A DNA stretch of 63,645 bases, filler included, from an uncultured bacterium (GTDB taxonomy: Bacteria; Latescibacterota; UBA2968): NCBI GenBank assembly GCA_964471275.1. It is 3 parts of 3 records of this genome, joined end to end, with 100 filler letters (N's around TTAATTAATTAA, not from the genome) between each part and the next. Parts side by side here need not be neighbours in the genome. Positions count along the whole stretch, not along the records: positions 1 to 26,702 come from CAYYGZ010000033.1; 2 more parts are not named here. One strand, 5' to 3'. Within the stretch, counting starts at the first letter, position 1. Each line of letters starts with the position of its first letter. The notes under the pieces are model-generated. The model searched no databases. It worked only from the letters and a program-made list of their open reading frames with translations, and was not told the origin of the DNA. The translations under genes were made by a program, and so were the position numbers. This document shows positions 1-7,890 of this stretch, piece after piece.

Positions 1-510
1 CGGCGGCCCAGTCGGTGCATCGGGATTCACTATCTTGATCGGGTCACCTGTCCCGATCTCCTGGATGCCGGCGGTTGAGCCAAAGCTAGCGGATCCGATG
101 GCGACGGACGTGGCGGACAACGTTGAGGTCGTCTCGAACAGCATGGTGCCCAGCGATCCATTGTCTGCCTGTGCGCCTGTTCTCCCCAGAATCGCGGCAC
201 TGATCTCGACACCGTCCGTGATCGGTTTTGGCGGCATCGACATGGCGCCTGCCATCAGGCCCCCAGTGTTCAGACCCTTGAAGTTCAACTGGTTCGTATC
301 GAATTTGAGCTGGATGCTGAATCCTGTCTGTCCCTGAGCGCCACCAACGGCGATCAACTCTACGGAGAATGTCTCACCCGGTTTGATCTGGCGTTCGCGT
401 TCTCCTTGATCACCGGGCGTAGGGTTCAGATCGAGCGTCATCTGGCCCATCGCCGCCGACGATATTGCCGTGGCGACAAACAGGCTAGCGATACATCTTA
501 GCTTCATCAT
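1..510 (-). CDS. Secreted cohesin-like domain protein (runs off window start; missing from ORF track)
   Basis: Own translation: ATG at 510 after GGGAGG. MMKLRCIASLFVATAISSAAMG (signal peptide), then QMTLDLNPTPGDQG..IKPGETFSVELIA..GFSIQLKFDTNQLNF..GSLGTMLFET, a cohesin-like beta-sandwich pattern. Open to position 1. Confidence 0.7.
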   Translation of the reverse strand, partial: MMKLRCIASLFVATAISSAAMGQMTLDLNPTPGDQGERERQIKPGETFSVELIAVGGAQGQTGFSIQLKFDTNQLNFKGLNTGGLMAGAMSMPPKPITDGVEISAAILGRTGAQADNGSLGTMLFETTSTLSATSVAIGSASFGSTAGIQEIGTGDPIKIVNPDAPTGPP

Positions 511-653
511 ACTATGGGCCCTCCCATACTACTGGTTGCTGACAGTTTGGCTAACGATTCGATAAGATAGCGATCGAAGTGCTGGTTGCACAGTGATTAT
601 TGTCACCCAAAAGCCGTGATATTAGTCACTATCGACTGTGTATGGTAACATTT

Positions 654-689
654 AAAAAAAAGGGGCGCCACTCGCGATGAGCGTGCCCC
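654..689 (-). terminator. Intrinsic terminator downstream of tRNA-Phe
   Basis: GGGGCGC...GTGCCCC stem (662-689) followed by 8 T on the minus strand (A-run 654-661). Confidence 0.7.
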
Positions 690-727
690 AGAAACAGAAG
701 CGCTCGACGCTATCCAGACGAAAGAGA

Positions 728-803
728 TGGTGGCACCCGTCGGAATCGAACCAACGACACATGGATTTTCAGTCCACTGCTCTACCAACTGAGCTAGGGT
801 GCC
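728..803 (-). tRNA. tRNA-Phe(GAA)
   Basis: GGCACCCTAGCTCAGTTGGTAGAGCAGTGGACTGAAAATCCATGTGTCGTTGGTTCGATTCCGACGGGTGCCACCA: full cloverleaf, anticodon GAA, encoded CCA. Confidence 0.97.
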
Positions 804-847
804 CCCACTTCTCTCGCCCGCAATCGATAGATCGTCAAGCGGTGCAG

Positions 848-876
848 AAGCTAATAAAATGACCCCTGACTGTCAA
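848..876 (-). promoter_or_regulatory. Sigma70-type promoter for tRNA-Phe
   Basis: TTGACA-17 nt-TAGCTT on the minus strand, ~45 nt upstream of the tRNA. Confidence 0.6.
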
Positions 877-1174
877 TACACGGACGCCGCCAGCCCACCT
901 ATTGCAACTCGTGTACCTATCTCGGCGGACAGCATGAAATAGATTGTATGTAATTGTAAATACACAATATATGCGGGCTAGATACCGCACGTGGAATCCG
1001 TGCCGTGCAGTTCCGACTTATCGTGGCGACTAAGCGCATACGCACTGGCACATATACGGCATCAGCGATCACGATCCGACCGAGTAGAGACATCGTGACT
1101 GGGCTGTGTCGTCAACACAGGGAACGCAATTACCGGCTCGGGGAGCTACTGATGAGGTGAGTCGACTTCGTAGA

Positions 1175-1204
1175 TTGACAAACTGACCGGTCCCTTGTTA
1201 TTAT
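1175..1204 (+). promoter_or_regulatory. Sigma70-type promoter for the membrane module operon
   Basis: TTGACA (1175-1180), 18-nt spacer, TATTAT preceded by TGn (extended -10), just upstream of ATG 1232. Confidence 0.55.
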
Positions 1205-1231
1205 TTCGCCCCATGATCAAAATCACTTGCC

Positions 1232-3253
1232 ATGTCTGCTGAAGTCGGGCAGACCTCCGCTCATCATCCGGACGATTCAGAAGAACACCTCCCGGATATA
1301 TCCTCTCTTGCCGACCGACATCTTGGGTCGATAACGCTCAGATCCATCCTGCTCGGGCTGATTCTCGTCGTCGTTCTGGATTTTGTCGCCATCTACGTGC
1401 GGTACGTTTACCACGGTTCTCTGATGACGTACAGCCACGTCCCCATGGCTATGCTGATCAGCTTTGTGCTGATGATGGCCACCGTCTCGATCGCTACCCG
1501 CACGACGGGGCTTGTGATCAGCTCCGAGGAGTGGCACGTCATTCTGGCCATGGGGTTGATCGGTGCGACGCTTCCGTGTTTCGGATTCACGGGATATCTC
1601 CTCGGCTTTATCTCGGCCCCGCAGTATTTCGCCACGCCCGAGAATGCCTGGGATCGCTGGCTGTTGCCCTATACACCGAACTGGCTGATCCCGTCGAACG
1701 AGGCGAACGCGGTCGCCTGGTTTTTCGAGGGGGTGCCCCAGGGGGGAGAGATCCCGTGGGGCGTATGGGCCCTTCCAATGTTCTGGTGGTTTACGCTTGT
1801 CGTGGCGGCTTTCGTGACGATGTCGTGTACGGCCTCAATCCTCCGGCGGCAGTGGGTGGACAACGAGCGGCTTGTGTTCCCGGCGATGCAGCCCCTGCTC
1901 GATATGGCGGAGCAGCCGGGCGACAAGGCTGGCTGGCTTCCGGCCTTTACGAGAAACCGTCTTTTCTGGATTGGATTCGCGATCGCGTTCGGCATGATCG
2001 CGTGGAACTGTATCAACTACTTTCTTCCCGGGTTCCCGCGCTTCCCGATCTACAGAGGCCGGTGGTACTGGATCGATCGACAATTCCCACCGATTCGGGG
2101 TTTCCTCGGCATCTTCACGATCTTCTTTTCTTATTTCGCCAGTCTGGATGTCCTGCTCTCCATCTGGCTCTTCGACCTGCTCTTTATAATAGAGGGTGGT
2201 TGGTTGAACCAGCTCGGCTACAGGGCGATCTCTCCTTACTACTACCGGGGCGCCTACTCAATGCAGACGAGAGGAGCCTTCGTCGTCATGGTCGTTTCCG
2301 TATTCTGGGTCGCTCGACGACATTTCAAAGATGTTGCTATGAAGGCCTTCGGCCGGGATCAAACCATCGATGACAGCGGGGAGTTCATCTCGTATCGGGT
2401 TGCCCTTTTCGGGGCGCTCGGCGGAATGCTCTACATGTATGTGTGGATTGTGGCGATCGGGTTCGACCCCATTCAGGGCGCCCTCTTTATCCCGGCAATC
2501 CTCTTCTGCTATGTCGGGACAGCAAAGATCCTGGCAGACACGGGAATCCCTTACACGAACAACCCTGTTGGGCCGTGGGGACTCGTCGCTATGTGGCTGG
2601 GGTCGAAGGGGCAGAGCCCGTCGACTATGGTGGCCTACCGGTACTCATCGATCGCAACTAGCCATTTCAAGGCGCTCTTCCTTCCCGCTCTGACCCACGC
2701 GGGCAAGATTTCTGAGGGGGCACGCACGAACCGACGTCAGCTTATGACGGCATTGAGCGTGGCTTTCGTGGTGAGCTTTATCACCTGCACGGTACTGATT
2801 CTCTACCTTGGCTATCGGGACGGAGCATACAACTTCAACAGTTGGGAGATCACGCGTGCAGCAGAGCGTCAGCTGGCAAGCACCGTGAAGGCGATCAAGG
2901 GTCCCGGGAATCCCTTCTTTGTCAAGTATCCCGAGGAAGTGGGGTTCTTCGGTGGTGGGATGGCCCTGATGGCCCTGCTCATCTACCTGAGACACCAGTT
3001 CACGTGGTGGCCGCTGCACCCGGTGGGTCTCGCGATCTCCGGCTCGTATCTGGCCCGGAGAACCAGTTTTACGGTATTTGTCGCGTGGTTGATCAAGTTG
3101 GTCATGCTGAAGGTCGGGGGACCCGCTTTCTACCGACGTTCCAGGCCTCTTTTTGTCGGCCTGCTTGTCGGTTATGTCGTGGGGGTCGCCCTGTCGTCGA
3201 TGATTGATGTGATCTGGTTCCCTGAGCGCGGTCACTCTGTCCACAGGTACTAA
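1232..3253 (+). CDS. Polytopic membrane protein, DUF6785/DUF6784-like (OPT-related peptide-transporter-like)
   Basis: 673 aa with many hydrophobic segments and family motifs YFATPENAW, LRRQWVDNERLVFP, WWPLHPVG, AWLIKLVMLKVGG, RPLFVGLLVG. Confidence 0.75.
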   Translation: MSAEVGQTSAHHPDDSEEHLPDISSLADRHLGSITLRSILLGLILVVVLDFVAIYVRYVYHGSLMTYSHVPMAMLISFVLMMATVSIATRTTGLVISSEEWHVILAMGLIGATLPCFGFTGYLLGFISAPQYFATPENAWDRWLLPYTPNWLIPSNEANAVAWFFEGVPQGGEIPWGVWALPMFWWFTLVVAAFVTMSCTASILRRQWVDNERLVFPAMQPLLDMAEQPGDKAGWLPAFTRNRLFWIGFAIAFGMIAWNCINYFLPGFPRFPIYRGRWYWIDRQFPPIRGFLGIFTIFFSYFASLDVLLSIWLFDLLFIIEGGWLNQLGYRAISPYYYRGAYSMQTRGAFVVMVVSVFWVARRHFKDVAMKAFGRDQTIDDSGEFISYRVALFGALGGMLYMYVWIVAIGFDPIQGALFIPAILFCYVGTAKILADTGIPYTNNPVGPWGLVAMWLGSKGQSPSTMVAYRYSSIATSHFKALFLPALTHAGKISEGARTNRRQLMTALSVAFVVSFITCTVLILYLGYRDGAYNFNSWEITRAAERQLASTVKAIKGPGNPFFVKYPEEVGFFGGGMALMALLIYLRHQFTWWPLHPVGLAISGSYLARRTSFTVFVAWLIKLVMLKVGGPAFYRRSRPLFVGLLVGYVVGVALSSMIDVIWFPERGHSVHRY

Positions 3254-3259
3254 TCGCAG

Positions 3260-6200
3260 ATGAACCGAAACCCAAGGACAGAGATTGAAGTCGACGCCGT
3301 GCGAGCGATCAACACGGTGAAGACCGCCGGCGGGTTCCTCCTGGTTGCGATTGCCGTGTTCGGGTTCGGGGCCATGTTCATCGGCCCATACGAGGTCGGA
3401 CAGTGGGTCGAATCTGTTCTCGGTATCCGGCCACCAAAAGCCGTGCCGGCGATCCCGGTGTTAAGGGCGAATGAAGTTATCGACCGTGCCAACGCCTTGA
3501 TCCGGCCCGATGAGGTCGAAGCCCGTGTTCGGTATCTGGCCGATCGTGGATCCCGAGTGCCCGGCTATGCGGGCCACGAAGAAACCGCCCGGTATATCGA
3601 GAAGGAATTTCGTCGGAACGGTCTGACTGACGTTCGGACAGAGCCCTACCACATCACGGCTCCTGTCGACGAAGGCGGTGAGCTGCGTCTGGATACGGGC
3701 GAGCGCATCCCGATCCACGGGGTCTGGCCCAATCTGATCAAGACATCGACGCTGCCTCAAGGTGGTGTGAGCACTCGGTTGGTCTATGGTGGGGCGGGCG
3801 AGTTCACGGATTTCGACGGTCTGCGGATGGACGGCGCGGCGGTTCTGATGGAGTTCAATTCCTGGAACAACTGGCTGAACGCGGCCACCCTCGGGGCAGA
3901 GCAGATCATCTTCATCGAACCGGATACGACGTCTTACTCCGAGGCGGAGCAGAAGTTTCTGCAGGTGCCGAACAGCGTTGAACGTTTCTGGGTATCCCGA
4001 GAAGATGGCAGGGAGCTGAAGTCGCGTCTGGCCTCAGCAGGTGAGATTCGCGTGCATCTAACATCGCGGATGACGTGGAAGAAGGCTCCCTCGCGCAACA
4101 TTATCGGTACGATTCCGGGCACCGACCCTGTCCTCAGGAATCGACTCGTAGTAATCAACGCTTACTACGACGCGATGTCGGTCGTCCCCGCGCTTGCCCC
4201 CGGCGCTGAGATGGCGGGGGGCATCGTCGGGCTGCTCGAGCTGGTCGAATACTTCGCGAAGCACTCTCCAAAACACACGGTCATGTTTCTGGCCACCTCT
4301 GGACATCATCTCGGATTCCGTGGTATCTGCGATTTTTTGAGTCGACACTCGCGGAAGGAAGAGCATTTCGCGAAGCTGATGACCGAGCCTTTCGATATCC
4401 GGTTGTTCATCAGTCTTGATCTGACGAGTCAAACGAACGAGGTCGGTGCTTGGAACAGCACGCGCACGTTCTATTACAAGCGCTTCTTCACGCCCTTCGG
4501 ACGCTCGTTCGTTCGGTACTCCAAGGCAATCGCCGCAGGATTTGGTCTCGACCCGAAGGATGCCCTGGTCGATGGGGTCAACCCGAAGGGCGGCATGACC
4601 TGGGATATGTATGTCCCGGGTGACCAACTGAAGACCGATGGAGAGGTCGTACTGCACACGGGAACGCCGTCACTTTCGCTGATCACGGTCAATGATGCGC
4701 GGTTCCGCGTCGACACGCCCCTCGATCGTGCCGAGAGCGTGAACGTTGACAACCTGACCGGGCAGATCAGACTGATCGCGGGTGTACTGGATCTCGGGCT
4801 CGACAGTCCGAATCTGATTCCGGACTATCGTCTCGATCCGGATGATCGCATGCGGGGGTTAAAGGGATTCGTCCGGACATTCCCGCGACGGAGTTTTGTC
4901 CCGGATCGTCCGAAGGCGGGAGCGATCGCGTCTCTACGCATGGGGATCGAAAAGTCAGTGAAAGGGGTACGTCGGATTTACTATGACCTGGCAGACGAAA
5001 AGGGTGAGTTCTACATGCCCGGGATCGCGGAGCGCCGCGTTCGCGTCTCGGCCTATTACACGGATCCGGCATCGGGTGAGATCACGTATGCACCGAACTT
5101 TGGCCAGCAAGCGCGCATCTACCGCGGCGAGTTCGACATGGACTGGTGGATTTCGAAGCGGACGATGATCCTGTTCCCGTGTATTTCGACCGACTTCTAC
5201 GATACGGTCGACCCGCGGTATCTGACGAAGCTTGAGCGTGTCAGCATATTTAATGAGGCGAACACGCGGCCGCAGGAATACGGGTATGCCGTCGGATTCG
5301 GGCCGGACGAACCGGTCGGTACGGTATTCACTCCACCGGGTGAGCGGGTGAAGGTCGCCATGCAGACCGGCTACATCGGAATCCGCTATCTGCTGCTGAA
5401 CTCGACGAGTTCGGCAACTGAAATGCTGGCTCGAGGCGAGGGTTTTCAAACGCTCACGCACGGGTCGTTGGCTCGGACGTCGTTCCAGGCGTTGTCGGAC
5501 ATGTGGACGCTGAACGAAGCCCGGATGAACGAGCTCAAAACCTACTCGATCGAGAACCATCGACTGAATGTGCTGCATGATCAGGCACGCTTCCACATTG
5601 AAAAGGCGAAGGCGGCGGAGCAAGATCTGCGGTGGGGAGACTACATCCGCCATACACGCGCGGGACTGGGCGTCGAGGCGCGCGCCTACCCGGACGTAAA
5701 GTCGACGCAGAATGATGTGATTCGCGGGATCATCTTCTTCATGTTGCTCGTTATTCCGTGCGCTTTCTTCACGGAACGTCTGCTGATCACCGCTGCAGAT
5801 ATCCGCTGGCAGATCCTGGGCTTTGCTGGAATCTTCGTTCTGATCTGGATGTTCCTCTGGCAAGTCCATCCTGCGTTCGAACTGTCGAATCCGTTCGTAA
5901 TCTTGCTGGCTTTTGTGATTCTCGCGCTCGCCATCTTCGTGATCTCGATTGTCTTCTCCCGGTTCAGTGACAATATGAAACGCCTCAAGCAGGAGGAGTC
6001 TCTACTACACGACACAGACGTGGGAAGAGTGAGCGCGTCTGTCGCGGCCTTCCAGCTGGGCATCGCAAACATGAAGCGCCGGAGGATGCGTACAGCGCTG
6101 ACCTTCACGACGCTCCTGCTGCTGACCTTCACGGTACTTTCGTTCACATCGATCAAATCCTCCCTGCAGTTCCATCAGATCCTGCGCGACTCGGAGGGAT

Positions 6201-7825
6201 CGTATGCAGGTATCCTCGTGCGGAGTAAGTTCTGGGGAGCGCTCGAGGACGCGGCCTACGACTACGCGAAAGTGAATTTCAGCAAGGTTGCCAGGATCAC
6301 GCCGCGAAGCTGGTATATCACGCGCGACAAGAAGAAGACCCCCGTAGAGACGACTTCCAAATCGCACAAAACGGAAGGCGTACTGGGTCTGAGCGCGGAT
6401 GAGCCGCTTGTGACCGGGGTGGATTCCTTCCTTGTTGCGGGGCGGTGGTTTGAGGCGGGGGAGGATGCGGTCATCCTGCCAAACACGGTCGCCGAAAAGT
6501 TGAGTCTGACAACGGACTCTGTCGGTGTCGCACGTGTACGTCTGTTCGGCAAACGACTGCCGCTGGTCGGGATCATTAGCTCTGAATCACTGAACGAATT
6601 CTTCGATCTGGATGAGGAGCGGATCACGCCGGCCGATTTTAAGCTGACAGACGACGAAGAGATCTCACGTATGACACAGGTCGAGGAGCGCGAGAAGCAA
6701 GGTCTCGAACGTCCAGAGGTCGAGATCATGCCTTTCGAGCACCTCTCGGCGGCAAACATCGCGATCATACCGTATCGGCTGCTGCGGGATATCGGCAGCC
6801 CACTCCAATCTGTCGCCATCCGTTTTCACGACGGTGAGGATGTCGAGTCGCACGTGAAATCGCTCCTGTCACGGTTGTCGGTAGTTCTCTTCGCAGGGAT
6901 TCCCGACGCTACGGGTCGGATCCAAGTGTCGGTCTTCAGTTCCCTGGGCAATACGTCGATGAGCGGTCTGTCTGGGCTGCTCATCCCAATACTGGTCGCG
7001 GCGTTAATCGTGCTAAATACGATGATGGGATCGGTCTACGAACGGTTCAAGGAAATTGGGATCTATTCCGCTGTCGGTCTCGCACCGGTACATATCTCGT
7101 TTCTGTTTATCGCCGAGGCTTGCGTCTACGCAGTTCTGGGGGCGGTGAGCGGGTATCTCGTCGGTCAAGGTGTGGCGAAGCTGTTGCTCTGGCAGGGCTG
7201 GTTGGAAGGCGTAACGCTCAATTATTCCGCACTGTCGACGGTCGCGTCCTCCGGACTGGTGATGCTGGTCGTCGTACTCTCGACGCTGTATCCCGCACGT
7301 AAAGCGGCGCAAATGGCCGTCCCCGATGTGGCCCGGAGGTGGCGTCTTCCCGATCCAGACGGGGATGTCTGGCACTTCGAGTTCCCGTTCACGGTCGGCG
7401 GCTCGGACGTTTTTGGTCTGTCCGTGTTTCTCTCCGAGTATTTTGCCTCTCACGAAGGCGAGTCGATGGGGACCTTCTACACAGACGGCGCGACCTTCGG
7501 GAGTTTCGAATCGCCGGAGGGAGAAGCTTATTCGATCGAGTCGACGATATGGCTCGCGCCCTACGATCTGGGTGTGAGTCAGCGCGTGCGTTTCGAAGCG
7601 CAGCCGACCGGCGAGCACGAGTTTTATGCGCTGACCGTCAAGATCGATCGTATTTCCGGCGATGCGGCTTCGTGGATGCGTGTGAATCAAGGTTTTGTGA
7701 ATGCGCTTCGGAAACAGTTCCTGATCTGGCGGACCGTTTCGACGGAGGATCGGGAGACGTTTAAGGGGAAGGGGATGAAGCTGCTGGGTAGGAAGGAGGA
7801 AGAGGCGGGAGCGATTGGGGATTAG
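3260..7825 (+). CDS. M28 peptidase-like/PA domain fused to a MacB/FtsX-like permease
   Basis: 1521 aa. N-terminal TM, M28 scaffold (GSRVPGYAG, NIIGTIPG, VVINAYYD, APGAE), PA-like insert, internal TMs, MacB-type NMKRRRMRTALT and FtsX motif SVYERFKEIGIYSAVGLAP..FIAEA. Confidence 0.8.
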   Translation: MNRNPRTEIEVDAVRAINTVKTAGGFLLVAIAVFGFGAMFIGPYEVGQWVESVLGIRPPKAVPAIPVLRANEVIDRANALIRPDEVEARVRYLADRGSRVPGYAGHEETARYIEKEFRRNGLTDVRTEPYHITAPVDEGGELRLDTGERIPIHGVWPNLIKTSTLPQGGVSTRLVYGGAGEFTDFDGLRMDGAAVLMEFNSWNNWLNAATLGAEQIIFIEPDTTSYSEAEQKFLQVPNSVERFWVSREDGRELKSRLASAGEIRVHLTSRMTWKKAPSRNIIGTIPGTDPVLRNRLVVINAYYDAMSVVPALAPGAEMAGGIVGLLELVEYFAKHSPKHTVMFLATSGHHLGFRGICDFLSRHSRKEEHFAKLMTEPFDIRLFISLDLTSQTNEVGAWNSTRTFYYKRFFTPFGRSFVRYSKAIAAGFGLDPKDALVDGVNPKGGMTWDMYVPGDQLKTDGEVVLHTGTPSLSLITVNDARFRVDTPLDRAESVNVDNLTGQIRLIAGVLDLGLDSPNLIPDYRLDPDDRMRGLKGFVRTFPRRSFVPDRPKAGAIASLRMGIEKSVKGVRRIYYDLADEKGEFYMPGIAERRVRVSAYYTDPASGEITYAPNFGQQARIYRGEFDMDWWISKRTMILFPCISTDFYDTVDPRYLTKLERVSIFNEANTRPQEYGYAVGFGPDEPVGTVFTPPGERVKVAMQTGYIGIRYLLLNSTSSATEMLARGEGFQTLTHGSLARTSFQALSDMWTLNEARMNELKTYSIENHRLNVLHDQARFHIEKAKAAEQDLRWGDYIRHTRAGLGVEARAYPDVKSTQNDVIRGIIFFMLLVIPCAFFTERLLITAADIRWQILGFAGIFVLIWMFLWQVHPAFELSNPFVILLAFVILALAIFVISIVFSRFSDNMKRLKQEESLLHDTDVGRVSASVAAFQLGIANMKRRRMRTALTFTTLLLLTFTVLSFTSIKSSLQFHQILRDSEGSYAGILVRSKFWGALEDAAYDYAKVNFSKVARITPRSWYITRDKKKTPVETTSKSHKTEGVLGLSADEPLVTGVDSFLVAGRWFEAGEDAVILPNTVAEKLSLTTDSVGVARVRLFGKRLPLVGIISSESLNEFFDLDEERITPADFKLTDDEEISRMTQVEEREKQGLERPEVEIMPFEHLSAANIAIIPYRLLRDIGSPLQSVAIRFHDGEDVESHVKSLLSRLSVVLFAGIPDATGRIQVSVFSSLGNTSMSGLSGLLIPILVAALIVLNTMMGSVYERFKEIGIYSAVGLAPVHISFLFIAEACVYAVLGAVSGYLVGQGVAKLLLWQGWLEGVTLNYSALSTVASSGLVMLVVVLSTLYPARKAAQMAVPDVARRWRLPDPDGDVWHFEFPFTVGGSDVFGLSVFLSEYFASHEGESMGTFYTDGATFGSFESPEGEAYSIESTIWLAPYDLGVSQRVRFEAQPTGEHEFYALTVKIDRISGDAASWMRVNQGFVNALRKQFLIWRTVSTEDRETFKGKGMKLLGRKEEEAGAIGD

Positions 7826-7890
7826 CTAATGGCCATTGAGAATCGTAGTGAGCGAGGAGACAAGGTGAACCAGAACGGGCAGAATGCAGG

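Noticed and set aside
1145..1185. Hammerhead ribozyme core (CTGATGAG)
   Set aside because: No GAAA after a stem II and no closing stems were found.
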